From the human T2T-CHM13v2.0 reference genome, Homo sapiens: a DNA stretch of 64,000 nt. How positions within the stretch are numbered: the stretch's first letter is position 1; every line of letters starts with the position of its first letter. This document shows, piece after piece, positions 14,066 through 28,961 of this stretch. A model generated the notes under the pieces. It saw only the letters and a list, made by a program, of their open reading frames with translations, had not been told where the DNA came from and searched no databases. The stretch is taken from the NCBI RefSeq assembly GCF_009914755.1, contig NC_060927.1. One strand, given 5' to 3'. The translations under genes were made by a program, and so were the position numbers.

Positions 14066-14838
14066 TTATTACTATTTAATATTGACATCTATTTACAGAT
14101 ATTAAACTTCTTTACAGAGCCTAGGATGCCCACTAAGAGCTGTTAAAGCTTTATTAGAGTTTTATACAATTCAATTACAATATTATTTGTTAAATATTAA
14201 TAATTTGTTTAATGATTGTATGAAGGTTATTAATAAATAATACTTTGCATGAATTTTATAATCATAGGACTGAGGTAAATGAATACTTTTTACATAATCA
14301 CAGAAACATTGCATTTCTCTAACAAATATCTGCCACAATGGAACAGGGAACACTCTTTTAATTCTCAGATCAGTAAATATGTGGTCCTTCTATGATAAGT
14401 CAAAACATTTGAAAATCAAAGAAAGAATTCCCACAAAATAATTTTTCACCTCAGGACCAGACCCAGGCACCTTTTTCTTTCTGAGAATCTTTTTTTTTCT
14501 TATTTAATTATATCTTGCATCTGATCACCACTATCATCTTAAATACCTTGCCTCCTGGTCACAGTGATTGGTTCTGATCAAGACATGACAAGTGGTGTCT
14601 TATCCTGGAACTTTTAACTTGGGAAATGAGAAAATCAGTTTCAGTCTCTCACTCCTTTGAGTGATGTGATCATCTGAATTTATGTTTCCTAGCATATGTT
14701 AGTTGTTCAGCTGTGAATAATGCCTACTGAAGGAGGAAAGCAAGCCACTAGGCTGAAGTGGCAACCTGGCTATATTTCAGGCCCTGGTTCCACCTGTTCT
14801 CAATACCCAGGCTTCCCATTATACTTTTGTTAAGCTCC

Positions 14839-15160
<322 letters not shown>

Positions 15161-15562
15161 TAAGTTACTAAGATTTCAGTTTCTACAGAGAGTCGACATA
15201 CACTTGTGCACAGTTTTACACATCATTTTAGGGAACTCATGGACTTCCTGAAGAAGTTCATGTTTGAATTCTTATCCATAGATCTCAGATATGAACCTCT
15301 GTTTGAAGCTATCCTGTGAACATTAGTTTCCATATGTTCTTTATCCAGGAAAAAAAAATTATTATAAACTCTTTAACTTGGTAGTTTTCATGCACTTGAT
15401 CACTTTCAATCCTTATAACCACAATTAAGTCAAGTATATGTCATCCTTGTTTTATATTTAAAGACACAGGGCTGTGAAAGGTAAATAATATTTTATTAGC
15501 CAGTACATCTAAACTAAACCTGATATTTTTGTATAAAATCTGGATTTCTTCCTCCTACACTA

Positions 15563-16311
15563 AGTAATCACCCAGCTGGATTCTTCTTGCCTGCTGCACA
15601 GATAAAGTCAATTCATTAAGACAGTGGCGTTGGAGCAGAGAAAGAGTTTAATAACTGCAGGACCAGACAAGCAATAGGACAGGATACATTTCTCAAATCC
15701 ACCTCCCTGAAAACTCAGAGACTAGGGTTTTTAAGGATAATTCGGTGGGCAGAAGGCTAGGGAATAGGTGCTGTTAATTGGTTGGGGATGAAATTACAGG
15801 AATGTTCATATTATTTTGGCACGCTGACTCTATTTCTAGATAAGGGTTACAGGACTGGTTGAACCGGTTCCTTGGTATGACTTACTGGTCTGAGTAGAGT
15901 CAGTCGGTTGCCAGAATGCAAAAGTCTGAAAAATATCTCAAAGACCAATCTTAGGTTGTGACAATAGTGATGTTATCTATCTGAACAATAGGGGAAGTTG
16001 CAAATCATATGACCTCTGATGTAGCAAACAATTATAGAAAGGCAAGCTAGGGAACAATGGCTGGTTATCATTGAACTATGCATACATCTTAGCAGAATTC
16101 AGGCCCCTCCCATAACCCTAACCTCATGGCCTTTTATAAGTCTTACAAAGTTGGTTTTGGTCCCCAAGCAAGGAGGGGGTTAGTTTTGGGAAGGGACTGT
16201 TATCCTCTTTGTTTTAAAGTTAACAAATGCAGTTAGCTTGTCAGGTTAGAAGCAAGAATCTAAATCAGTTTGGATTTGCCTCACTGTTATAATTTTGCAA
16301 AGACAGTTTCA
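15563..16311 (-). mobile_element. Solo ERV1 LTR, LTR8 family
   Basis: Homologous to 1973-2702. Minus start TGAAACTGTCTTTGCAAAATTATAAC. Perfect 4-bp TSD acta. Confidence 0.8.
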
Positions 16312-17944
16312 ACTAAAGTTGCTTCTAAGCATTACTGAATATGTTGATTGTCTTTAATTACTATTTTAAGTTACAACTTTGAAATTTGCTTTTGAAAGAA
16401 TAAATATAATTCAACTGTAAAAGAAAATATTCGGTACTGGCAAATAAAAATGTAATAATAGAAACATATATAAAATATAATTTTAAAAGAAGTTTCAGCT
16501 TGCTTATTTGCATATCATCTCACTCCAATTTTTAAATAAATATGCTGTGATTAATAGCAATAACCTTCTAAAGTACTCTGAAATCAGAAAATCCTTAGGA
16601 GAAAAGAGCCATAGTAATAAAAGTGTCATTATAAATAATTAGATATGCTTGTCACACATCCACCTTCAAAGGTTTCTACAAAGTGATTGACATGTAAGCC
16701 ACCTGGATTAATCTTCCAGCTTCAATTTAGTTTCTACAAGAATCTAGTTATCCTTTGGAGAGTGAAACTCTCAGAAGAAAACCAGGAGAACAAAGCCCGT
16801 GACTGTTTGGGAGGGCTCAGGTTTTCCTAAACACAAGCACATGAATTGGTCTTTGCAAGTTTGCATTTCAGAAATAATTGAGACAGCAGGGGAAATCATG
16901 CTCCACATTATCTCCAAGTGGAACAGCCTGCTATTCAGAGTTCTTCTCTGGCCAGGCAGAGGAATAATTCTACAACAGAGGTACCCAAGAACATGCTCAG
17001 CCTCCACAGGCTACATGCTTCCCCTATCTATTCCCAGCCCCATCTCTGGAGAAACAGATCTTCCTTTTGATCAGGCAATATTCACAAATGACAGTGACAA
17101 ATCAGGAAATTTTAAAGGAAGGGCTGAGTAAATAAAGACAACAGGAGAACTTTAGCTGTGGCTTTATAGTAACCGCTGTCCTAGATTTTGTCCTCTCTGT
17201 GGACTGATTGCACAGCATCTACCTTCACTTGGCTTACAAAAGGCTTCTGTGCTCCTTAGTGGCTGGAATACATGCTCTCGCTGTTCTCAATGGAGCTTCC
17301 AGGTTACTCAGCAGCACTGTGATTTACAAGGCCCCCTGGGTGCCCTGGATCTGGTTAACTCCCAATTCCTTTACTCCAGGAATGAATATTTTCTGTGCTA
17401 ACAGATAGAACAACTTGCCAGCTTAAAATTAGCTCCTCTTGAGTATAATGCATTGTGGTGTGACAACACCCAGCCAGCCCTGACTCCCCTGCTTCTCTCA
17501 GGCTTCTAAGCAGCTGGTTGGCTGAGCAGCCAGGCAGAAGGCCCATCTTCTCATCCCATTGTAATCTCTCACCAGGCCTAATCAGGTGCTTTGAGCCCAG
17601 TGGGTGCCAGGAAACGTTCTTGTTTGTCAAGCTGCCTACGTTCTTACACAAGGTGGGAACATAGTGTGGCCCCTTCCTCCCCAGGGAGGCTCCATTCTTC
17701 CCATGTCCCACTACCACACACAGAGACACAACTGGAGAAGTGTCCACTGTCGCTTGCTCACCATTTGCCTTTCTCTATGACAGAGCTAGTTGAGGACAGA
17801 ATCTAGCAATTAAAAAAAAAGGTAGCAATTTAAAAAAATAGGAAAATGTGCAAAAAGTTCAGAGTAAGAGTTTTTAATAGAAGGTGTATCCAGAAGACAG
17901 ATGAAGCAAGTCTGTATGTGTAAAAGTTTTCTGAGTATTGCAAA

Positions 17945-19215
17945 GTATTGAGCATCAAGCATGTGCTAGACATTTTCTATTACGCATTCAATTAAGCTTC
18001 AATAATTCTTTCTACCAGTGTGCTTTACTATCTCCATTTCACAGTTGAGACAACTGAGGCTAAACTGATGTAGGTCCCATGACAATAAGGGCCATAATGT
18101 ACTGTAAAACCCATGCCCATACTCCCAAGGTTATTCTGCCTCTTTGAAGGACTAGTAAAGGACTCACATTAGTATTCACTTACAATCTCATGAAACACCT
18201 GGGTGGGAGATAGAATATGAAGGAATTGTGGGAAGAGATTAAAAGCCATGCAATAGCTTAAATCCAGAATGACTGGAAAACATCCTGGAAGAAATTCTGC
18301 AAAACAAATTTAAGAATATAATTGGCTTTAAAGATAAACATAAAAATTAGGACATTTTGGGTATGCAGTGATAATGACTCGACTTTGCAGGGCTGTGTAA
18401 GCATATAAAATTGCTGGAAATGGTGTAGTCAGGGAGTGATTACATTTGTATCCATCTAGGACCATATTCTGAATTGGCTGACAGCATTGGTTCACCCACT
18501 TTATTTGGGTTTCCTCATTCCTCCAGAGAAATGGTCAGCTGACTGTGGGCAATAAAGCATCACTATCTGCTAACAGCACATTCCAGGGAACACTTGTGTG
18601 GCAGTCAACAGCAACTGCTGCTTGGAAAGAGATAACATGTTTCCATCAATCACTCAGAGGAGGAAATGATGTCTGGGGCTACAGCCCACTTATTCAAGTG
18701 TGGCATCCTCTTGTCTAGAGTGAAGACTCTCATAGTGGAGGTTTAGAAGGAAATGGCAAAAGTATTGACATTTGTTAATCACCTATTACTTCCTAGACAC
18801 ATTGCATTAATTACTTACAGCAATCCTATGAGGTAAATATTACTGTCCCATTTTACAGATAAAGAAATGGACATTCAGGGAGGTTAGGTAAGTTAGCCAA
18901 ACTCTTGTTGTGGTCAGTAAGTGGCTTTCAAACCCATGCTGGTCTAATTCCAAGATCAGCTCCTTTCAGTACACTATAGCTGACTCATTAGGCATAAATG
19001 TTAATATCTAATTATATAATACTTTGGAGCCAGACACAGTAGTATTAGTAGTAAAAAGAGAAGGACAAGAAGGATGAGGAGGATAATAAGGACTAGGATG
19101 AGGAGGAGCAGCAGCAGCAGGCATTTTTGTGAGATTTCCATGTGCTAGGCACTTTATAAAGATTGGCTCATTTAATAATCAATACAACAAAATGAGGTAA
19201 ATATTTGTACTCTGA
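17945..19215 (-). mobile_element. Several MIR remnants (about 17945-18130, 18760-18970, 19120-19215)
   Basis: MIR core motifs such as cccattttacagataaagaaa and ccatttcacagttgagacaactgaggct. Confidence 0.7.
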
Positions 19216-21783
19216 TTCAAGATGTGAAAAACTTTGTCCTTCTTTTCCTTGGGACTAGAGAGAGAGAGAGAGAAAGAGAGAGAGAGTGTGTGTGTGTTTC
19301 AGGTAGGAGGAATACTGATGACTGCTTGGACAGTCGTCTGGTGTTGATAGTGATGAAATAAATCTTACGAGCTCTGGTCTCCATCTTTGAAACTAAACAA
19401 CAGGAGGGCATATTTTTAACGAAAATTTGGGATGACAGTGAAGCCATGGATCTTTTTCAACTTGGCGTATCTTGCTTGAGCATTTTTCCACTCCATTGGG
19501 TAGAGCCATCATATGGGACATTGATAGCCAGTTGAGTCTACACGCATCATGGTCCTGATCATTTTCTCCTACATAGTGAGCTACATCCATTAATCTAAGA
19601 ATATTATTTATTACTACAGACTATTTCTTATTTATTACTATAGATTATTATTTAGTTATATTAGTCTTATGTATATACTTTAAAGTGCATATATTCTTGA
19701 GGGCCATTTTGCAAATAAACAGTACTCATGCAGGATATCCCTATAAGTATTGGTATGGACAAGTATATATTACAAAACCCAGGGAAATATGTGAAGCTAT
19801 TACCTAGTTTTGAAGAGGAAAGAGAGTCCCGTCAATGGAGATTCTCTCTCCTCCGTTCCTATCACAGCTCAGCTCATCCCCCATAGTGACAGTATTACAT
19901 CCTGTATGTATTAAACAGTTAGGGTCCTGGCTTTCTTTCTCTTTCAGGTGTGTAACACTAATTAGATATCACTCTCCTTAGGTCACTGTGTATTTCTCAA
20001 CTAATTTAGCATTAGATTTGCATTCAGTTATGTCCATTGTTACCAGTTGAAAACTCTACCGCAGGTCCTATACTGAACTTACACATATCTGTCACTTTTG
20101 CCCTAACTCTGGCAGTTGCCTTGTGCTCAGAGATGGGAACGTTCCTGAAGGGAAAAACCCAGTGCCCCTCTGAGACTCATCCAGGCGATTGATTTTTACT
20201 TTCATTCTCAATTTGCCCTCAAAACACAGATGCTGTGCTTAAAAGACTAATTGATCATCTTATTTCAATTGCACAGAAATGATGTTGAAAAAGTGAGCAG
20301 ACCTTGGGCCATTAGAGCTCAATACTGGGGGAAAGGCCATTGAGTTATTAATTAAAATTAGAAACTGAAATCCCCACTGTTTTCAATTGTCATGGTAATA
20401 AAGAAAAATGTACACCCAAGTGGTACTGTATTGATCACTAAATTCATTCATATGAAACTATGCCTAGTGCAATGTGTATAATATTAGCAATGTCAACTGC
20501 AGTGGAAATCTGCTGGTTCTAATAGCTAATAATTTATATGTATTTTTCCTTTACCACAAGCCATAAGTGAAATATGATAGTCTTTACAGGCAATAGATCT
20601 GATTCCCTTTTCTACCACGTACTTTACATGAAACCATATACTGTTGTTATCATTTGTGTAAGTTAACAACTTCTTCCACAATGTTCTTTATAGTTTACAA
20701 ATAAAATGCCATTTGGGTCATTAGCAGTGAAGACAGATAAGAAAATCCAAACTACTTAGACTTTTTGCCTAAGGCAAAATTCAAGACTTCCATGGTTGTT
20801 ACCACATCGTTTCTAAATTTAATTGCTAATTCCAATCAACATTGAGTCAGTTCCAATTATGTGTCTTGCACTGTGCTCAGCATTATAGTTGAATCAAAAT
20901 TAAGACAAGGGACTGGCCCTCAAGGAGAATAGATAGAAACAGACGTGAAAACTGAGTATAATAAAAGGCCAGCCAGGATAAATAATACAGCACTGGTAGG
21001 ACGTTGTCAGAATGCAGAGGGAGAAGGAATTATTTTAGACTACAGGGTGCCGACAGGATTCATGGAAAAAGTGATGGAGTCTGGAGAAGAAATGAAAAGA
21101 ACTTTAATATATGAAAAAGCAGATGTTGAAGTCTCCCAGCTAAGGGAATAAGACACAACAGGGCATAGAAATTCAACTGTATTCAGGGAATGGGTTGGGG
21201 TTTCTAGGTCTCTGGACCAAGTGGCAAGGAGACGTGACTAGGAGATGAATCTGGAGAATGAGGTTTGGTAAACTTTGAATGATTTTAGGTGCTGTGATAG
21301 AATGCAAAAGCAGTCAGAAATTATTCTCATCCCTTTATACACACAACCTCCCCATCCCCTTTTCAAATAGACTTTATTTTTTCTAAAAACATTTTAGATT
21401 TATAAAAAATTGTGCAGAAAGTACAGAGATTTATCAGGTACTCCTTCTCCTCCCCCTACACTCTGAAAACACATGGTTTCTCCTATTATGATTTTGTATT
21501 AGTGTCATACAATTATCACAACTCATGAACCAATATTGGCACATTATTACTAACTATACTCCATAGTTTGCATTAAGGCTCATGCTGTGTCATACATCCT
21601 ATGGGTGTTGATAAATGTATAATATCATGTGTCCAACATCAAAGTATCATAAGGAACAGTTTCACTGCCCTAAAAATTCCCTGTGTTTCACCTATTCATC
21701 CCTCCCTCCTTCCCTCAAACCACTGGCCTTCGTTCATCTTTTACTGTCTTATAGTTTTGTCTTTTCAAGAATGTGACATAATC

Positions 21784-22101
<318 letters not shown>

Positions 22102-22174
22102 TCACACAACATATGAGGCCTTTTCAGATTGGCTTATTTTACTTAGTGAAATGCATTTAAGAGTCTTCCACGTC

Positions 22175-22476
22175 GACCGGGCACAGTGGCTCACGCCTAA
22201 AATCCCAGCACTTTGGGAGGCCGAGGCAGTGGGATTACTTGAGGCCAGGCATTTGAGATCAGCCTTGCCAGAATGGTAAAACCCTGTCTCTACTAAAAAT
22301 ACAAAAATTAGCCAGTCGTGGTGGCATACGCCTGTAATCCCAGCTACTCGGGAGGCTGAGGCACAAGAATCTCTTGAACCCCAGACGAGGAAGTTGCAGT
22401 AAGCCAAGATTGCGCCACTACACTCCAGCCTGGGTGACAGAGTAAGACTCCATCTCAAAAAAAAAAAAAAAAAAAA
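22175..22476 (+). mobile_element. AluS
   Basis: Full dimer with A-tail. TSD agtcttccacgtc/agtcctccatgtc. Confidence 0.93.
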
Positions 22477-22654
22477 GTCCTCCATGTCTTTTCATGGTGT
22501 GATAGCTCATTTCTTTTTATTGTTAAATACTATTCCATTGCCTGGATGTATCAGTTTGTTTATATATCCATCTATTGAGGAATATCTTGGTTGCTTCAAA
22601 TTTTTGGTAATTATGAATAAAACTCCTATCAGTGTTCATGCACACCTCTTTTTA

Positions 22655-23097
22655 ACGTGACTTTGCAGCTCTCCTCAGCAACATACGATATCTCTTTCTC
22701 TACCCCTTGAAGCCAGGCTTCCCCATTTGATTAGTTTGGGCCTATGGCTCACTAGGAAGCACGAAGAATGGACACTGGGTCTTTGCGTGCTTGCTGCTCT
22801 TGGAACCCTGCCACCACTGTGCAAAGAAGCCTGGGCTAATATGCTGGATGATGAGGCACAAGACCGAACTATTGCTGGTAGTCCTGGCTGACAGCCAATG
22901 AGACCACCCTGAGTTATTCAGCCACAGACTGATCTGCCAGTCAACTTTAAACACATGAAAGACTGATAGAAATCAGCAAAGCAGGCTCAGACCAGAAGAA
23001 CCACCCAGCTGACCCAAGATTCTCTCATCTAAACAAATGATTGTTATTTTAAATCGCTAAGTTTTGGGGTAGGTGGTTATCCAGTGAAAGCTAACAT
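22655..23097 (+). mobile_element. MLT1 (MaLR) LTR remnant
   Basis: gtgactttgcagctc...gctaagttttggggtaggtggttatccagtgaaagctaac, an MLT1-type 3' end. Confidence 0.65.
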
Positions 23098-23648
23098 ACC
23101 AATGCTGTACTAAATATGAAGTGGTCTGTATTTTATGATGAGACGTCAGAAACTGGAAACAAGAAGTTTAGAAGGCTATTGTCCTTAATCTATCGAACAG
23201 ATCATGAGGATAAAAACTTTTGGATGATTATTAGATAAATTGGGTTTTGCATGTATTGTAGCAGAGAAAACTGTAAAAAAGAATATCCATTTCTTCATGG
23301 AGTTTAAAATAATACATCATTCCTAAATTTAAAAATCAGTAAATATCAATATGAAATATATAAATATCAATCTCATTTTATTCAAGAATAAACATAGACC
23401 TATGATAAGAACATTTCCACGGTATTTCTGTAATCATACTGAACAATTTTTTGAATACTGTGGACTCCCTGCAATAGAGGATTTCTGCCTCTGGAAATAA
23501 ATGCTTCAAGGCAAGCACAAGCCATTATCTATCAAAGTGCAGACACAAAAAGCTTGAAATACCTACTATCCTTTATCCTAGATGCCAATCTTGGACTGGA
23601 ATCGGGGGATCAGAGTTGGAAAAGTAGTATAAAGAGGTTTGTATTTCA

Positions 23649-23950
23649 ATTTTTTTTTTTTTTTTTTTGAGACAGGGCCTCACTGTGTTGGCCAGGCTGG
23701 AATGCAGTGGCAACCATTATAGCTCACTGCAGCCTTGAACTCTTGGGCTCAAGTGATCCTTCGGCCTCAGACTTCTGAGTAACTGGAGATACAGGCATGC
23801 ACCACCAAACCCAGCTAATGTTTACATTTTTTGTAGAGATGAGGTCTCACTATTTTCCTGAGGCTGATTCAGAAATTCTGGCCTCACGAGATTCTCCCAC
23901 TTTGGCCTCCCTAAGTGCTGGGATAACAGGTGTGAGCCACCATGCCCAGC
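23649..23950 (-). mobile_element. AluJ
   Basis: Diverged antisense dimer with the atagctcactgcagccttgaactc J diagnostic. Confidence 0.9.
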
Positions 23951-25039
23951 TGTAAAAAGAGATTTATTATTAGAAACTCAGCAGACACTTTGGGCAGGGA
24001 CAGACCATTGGGGGCACAATCAGTCACAGGAAGAGGGAGACTAATAAGGCAAGTGGAACATGTAGCAGGAGAGTATAGTGAAAGACAGCAGTTGACAAAT
24101 TCATGTTCTAGAAATGTGGCTTTTGAATGCCCAGTAAGAGCAATTGTATTTTGGCAAGTGGACTGAGCCTGGCTACAGAGAAATCTGTAGACATCTAAGA
24201 GGAGGATAAATAAAATCGTGTTGGTAATAAGGTGACCTAATTAAAGAAAACTCACTCACTGGCCACTGGATTAGATCTTGGAAATAAGAGAGTAGCTTAA
24301 TACTAATTTCCATGCTATCAGGAATGTCCTTCCTCCATGTAGGTACAGGGGTCACTCTCAATTAAGTAGCTACTCAGATGTCACCTATCACAAAGACCTT
24401 CTTTGACTCTAGATTCTAAAAGGCCCCCCACCTCCCATGGACATGCTTCTTGTCTCATAACTTGCTATAGTTTTCCTTACACTTATCGCTTCTGGTATTT
24501 TTTTTATATAATTTGTTTATTTTCTGTGGTGCATTGTCCCCACAAGAATGCAAGATCCATGACAACAGTGGCATGATTCTCTGGTGCCTCTCAGGGCCCA
24601 GTAAAGGCCCCGGCCTTAGGCCCTTAGTAAATATTTTAGAAGTATCAAGCAAACTGAAGAATGGTAAGTTAATGAATAAATATCAGAGCAGGACAAGGTG
24701 TAGGACCCTGTCCTACCTCAGTCTGGAGTGGCTCAGGTCCTAGGGTTCTTGCAAGCCCACATATAGGCAGCACCTATAGACTTATCTATAAAATCTAAGG
24801 CACAGAGAATCAGGGGCTGGTAAGGCAATTGACAGATGGTGATAATAAAAATTTTGTTCACTAATTTTGTTGATTCTGTTGATAGTAAGACATATCATTA
24901 AGAGGTGTGTGTGAAGAGGTATACATCAGGACTGATGAAATGTAGTATATCAATTTCATAACAATTCTCTTGTTTAATTATTATTGACCTGAAGCTGAAG
25001 ATGGAGAAAAATAATTCAGATTAAAGTCAGGTACTCAAC

Positions 25040-25585
25040 TGTGGCTGAGATTGCCATTTTCCTATGCAATATCCATTTTCTCTTCCTTCTTAATGACAAA
25101 TCCCTGAGTTTTACCTTGAGCACACGTCCTCTCAGAATTAAAGACTATTGTTTCCCAGATTTTCCAGCAGCCATTATAGTGAAGTGTGGAGGTGTGGTCA
25201 TGTGACTAAGTTGTGACCAAATGAGACATAGATGGAAGTGCCGTGGCATCTTCAGAGAACGTTGCTTAAAAAGAGCTGACTCAGTTGGGGAGGACTTATT
25301 TTTACCAGTGTTCTGCAATTCTTCATGTAACTCTCAACTTGGAGATGATGGTGGGAGACCCTGGAATTGCAGCAGCTCTCTTGGGACATAAAATGATATT
25401 GAGAATGGCAGCCATGCACTAAGATGGTGAGGCACAAAGGTAGGAGCTTGGTCCCTGATAGCGCCATAGTGTCACCAGAGCAGCTCAGTGCTGCCCAGCT
25501 CAGAATACGGGCGTAAGTAAAAGGCGACTTCTATCCTGTTGCTGTTGTTGTTACATGCAGTTGAACCTAATTCTAACTAATATAC
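25040..25585 (+). mobile_element. Old MLT1 LTR remnant
   Basis: ggtgtggtcatgtgactaagtt...gttacatgcagttgaacctaattctaactaata. Confidence 0.6.
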
Positions 25586-26694
25586 CTGGCTTCCAGAATT
25601 ACAATAGGTTATTAATTTTAAAAATACTGGATTTATGTTCAGAAAATATGAGTTCCTGTTGCCAGTTTCCCTGAAAACTGTTATCACTTACAATGGGCAA
25701 AGTGATTTTAATCTTTCTGGGAATCTGTTTCATCGTTTTAAAATTTGAGAAAATAATGTGTATGTATAATGTTGCTCTGAGAAGGAAATGTAAAGCTACA
25801 TATGAAAAGTATGTTATATACTTTAAAGTACTAATAATTGTAAATTTGGGGGTGTGTGGGGCCTTTACAAAAAATAGTTTAATTCTTGTTTCCGCTGGTC
25901 TGCTTAGAAATTCTGACAAAGAAATCAACCTGTGTCTCATCATACAACTTAATTGATAATTATGGACCAGTTACTATGTGTGGAGCTGTATTGGGTGCTC
26001 TAGTATAAATAATAAATAAATGATGACACCAGCTACCAATCACCTCTAAATTAAATACAAGGGAAAAATTTTTTTGTTTTGTAATCAACTATAATCCAGT
26101 TGTAAATTACTTCTACTCTCCTTACAAATAAACTAAATATTGCAAGTAACAAAAATTAATTTTGGTTTCTCTCCACCACAAATCAATATCTGGCTAGACA
26201 GTAGCATTTCTTAGAATAATTGAGTGGAAGAGACTGAGAGTCTGCTGATTATTTTCTGAAAATTTCTATGCAGAAAACTTCTAAGTCACATTTTAGAATC
26301 AATTTGGAAAAGTTTCACATTTCAACTTTGGGCTCCTCTATAGCACAGATAAAATATTTGGGGGATAATTTTTAGAAAAAGGAAACTGGAGATTAAAGGG
26401 AAGTAATATAGAAGGCAGAGTAAAAAGAGCTGTTTGTGCAACACATGCTTGCAAAAAATAAAATTAGTAAACAAGGGGCAAATAGTGCCAAAGCCTTAGA
26501 CTGGCACTTCTGCATTTAGTGGGGAAAAGAAATAAGAAGTAGATGTAAAGGTTATTAACACAGTGTAGTGATTGCTGTAATATTTATGTTTCTGGCTTTC
26601 TACCTTCTGAGCACTTTGGGATCCCTTTATGGATGGGTGATAAGGTATGAATAGAATATATATGTCACTTTTACTTTTTCTTTTTTTTAATTAA

Positions 26695-26846
26695 AAATAA
26701 ACAGAGGGATCTCCTTTTCTTGCCCAGGCAGGAGTGCAGTGATGTGATCGTAGCTCACTGCAGCCTTGACCTCCAGAGCTCAAGCCATCCTCCTGCCTCA
26801 GCCTCCTGAGTAGCTGAGACTACAGGCGTGTGCCACCACGCTAGGC
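26695..26846 (-). mobile_element. Alu monomer (FRAM/AluJ arm)
   Basis: Antisense Alu arm. Confidence 0.8.
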
Positions 26847-27572
26847 TTATATATGTCATTTTTGAGCCTAAGCATTCAGTTACTACTGCCAGCTCTCTAG
26901 AGCTTTTTCCTCTGCCATTGTGACCAGCACTGTTTGAAATGGTGGTTACTTCATCAGATAGGTTCTAGATGGTGGTAAAAAAAGCACAAAATTCCAGCTG
27001 ACCAATTATAGACACATAGAAGGGGCAAGAAATAAATTTTGATTTTTTTTGTCACTGAGATCATTGATTTTTTTATTACTGCAACATAATCTAGCCTTTC
27101 CCAACTAGTCTATACAATATTAGAAAGTTTGTCATATTCTGTCATGAAAAGGCCACACGTAGAGGTAGGGCTATAAACTATATACTTATAATGAAGACAC
27201 TTAAAAAAATAACTGGATGTCAATGAAGATTTGCTCCACCAGTCATGTGAAGCTAAGTAAGTTAAAAATATGGTAGAAAAAATGACAGTAGGGAAATATA
27301 ATCAGTTATTTACTGATTTCTTACAAGAATGGCATATACAAAAGCTGTATTCTTTGCTGAGCAAATGGTGAGGCTGGGAATGAGTGCCAAATAGCCCTGG
27401 ACCTAGGGAGAAGTGAAAAGGGAGAGACATAGCAAAAGCTGATGGTCAAATAATGAAAAATACCAAAGCCAAGAGAGCTGGAAGAGTTGGACGCTGGAAG
27501 AGTGGAAGGGAAATGATGTGACTGTAGATCAATTAGAACTTTGGGGGTAAAATTGAAGTGTCTAATTGGAAA

Positions 27573-28088
27573 TTATATATATACACACACACATATATAT
27601 ACATATATATACACACACACATATATATACATATATACACACATATATACATATATATACCCATATATACATATATACACATATATACACACACATATAT
27701 ATACATATATACACACATGTATACATATATATACCCATATATACATATGTACACATATATATACACATATATACATATGTATACACATATATACATATAT
27801 ACACATATATACATACATACACATATATACATACATACACATATATACATACATACACATATATACATATATACACATATACACGTATATACATATATAC
27901 ACGTATATACGTATATACACATATATACACACATATATACATATATACACATATATACACACATAAATACATATATACACATATATACACACATATATAC
28001 ATACATACACATATATATACATATATACACACATATATACATATATATACACACACATATATACATATATATATACACATATATATAT
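27573..28088. repeat. ~515-bp compound (TA)/(CA)/(TACA) microsatellite
   Basis: Nearly uninterrupted purine-pyrimidine alternation. Abuts the tail end of an antisense Alu monomer. Confidence 0.97.
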
Positions 28089-28235
28089 GAGACCGAATCT
28101 CTCTCTGTCTCCTAGGCTGGAGTGCAGTAGTGCAACCATGGCTCATTGCAGCCTTGACTTCATGAACTCAAGTGATCCTCTTGCCTTGGCTACCCAAAGT
28201 GCTGAGATTACAGGAGGGAACCACCTGTGCCTGCC
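28089..28235 (-). mobile_element. Alu monomer (FLAM-like)
   Basis: gagaccgaatctc...aggctggagtgcagt...caaagtgctgagattacagg. Confidence 0.8.
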
Positions 28236-28961
28236 TATGTTAAGTAATTTTGTGTAGCATGCAGATGCAACCTTCTCCTCTTTTTTTCCTACAAAATCTC
28301 CAGAGCATCTTTCAAATCAAATCACATTCCCACAAAGCCTTAGAAACTACTATAGGTTTAATCAAAATGTTGAGTCCTGATTCAAGGTAGGTGTTGGATA
28401 AAACTATTAGATCCCCATGGAACCCAAATACAATTGGTAAATAAACATGTTTTTCCCTATTTCAAGCAATGATAGTACTCTGTGCTTCTAGAGTCACAAT
28501 GAGATTGCAAAAAATGAGTGAGGAGACTTATAACTAAGAAAGTAGTCAAAGCTATAGGAGAGTAATTTATAACTACCATTTTTACTGCTTTCAAATGCAT
28601 TTTGGGGAAAACTTAGGTTGTCCTTTATTTGAAAACAATATTTTTAAAAATAGTAGGAATTATCTTGTTCTTAATAAAATCTTGGCTAAACAGTGATGGT
28701 TTTCAAACCAGTAACAGCTTCAAGGTAGGGAGGAGGCCAAGACAAGAAAGGTCTCAGCTTCCACCATCTCTTCCATTTAATTAGAATGTCTCTGCTTTCA
28801 TATATTTTAAATATTGGAATTCCAGAAAATATTTGATTTAAAAAAATGTTTAAAGGTTCCTTTAGGAAAGTTTGAACACTTCTGGATATAATGTCTTTAT
28901 CAGTGAAAGCATAATCAATAACATCCAACCTAATCTGAAATTTCAAACACTAGTCTGCCTG

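Noticed and set aside
16799-17747. 110-aa and 130-aa ORFs in unique sequence
   Set aside because: Non-ATG starts, no recognisable domain and no splice or promoter support. Their lengths are compatible with chance.
22102-22485. Alu-derived ORFs (also 4672-4881, 8470-8715, 30308-30649, 42529-42861 and others)
   Set aside because: Standard antisense-Alu translations (SPRLECSG...), not genes.
27533-28146. Six overlapping 141-194 aa ORFs (YIHT/MCVY-rich), and similar ORFs at 1514-1884, 10989-11229, 12205-12600 and 50652-50966
   Set aside because: They are translations of stop-poor TA/CA microsatellites and show no protein signature.
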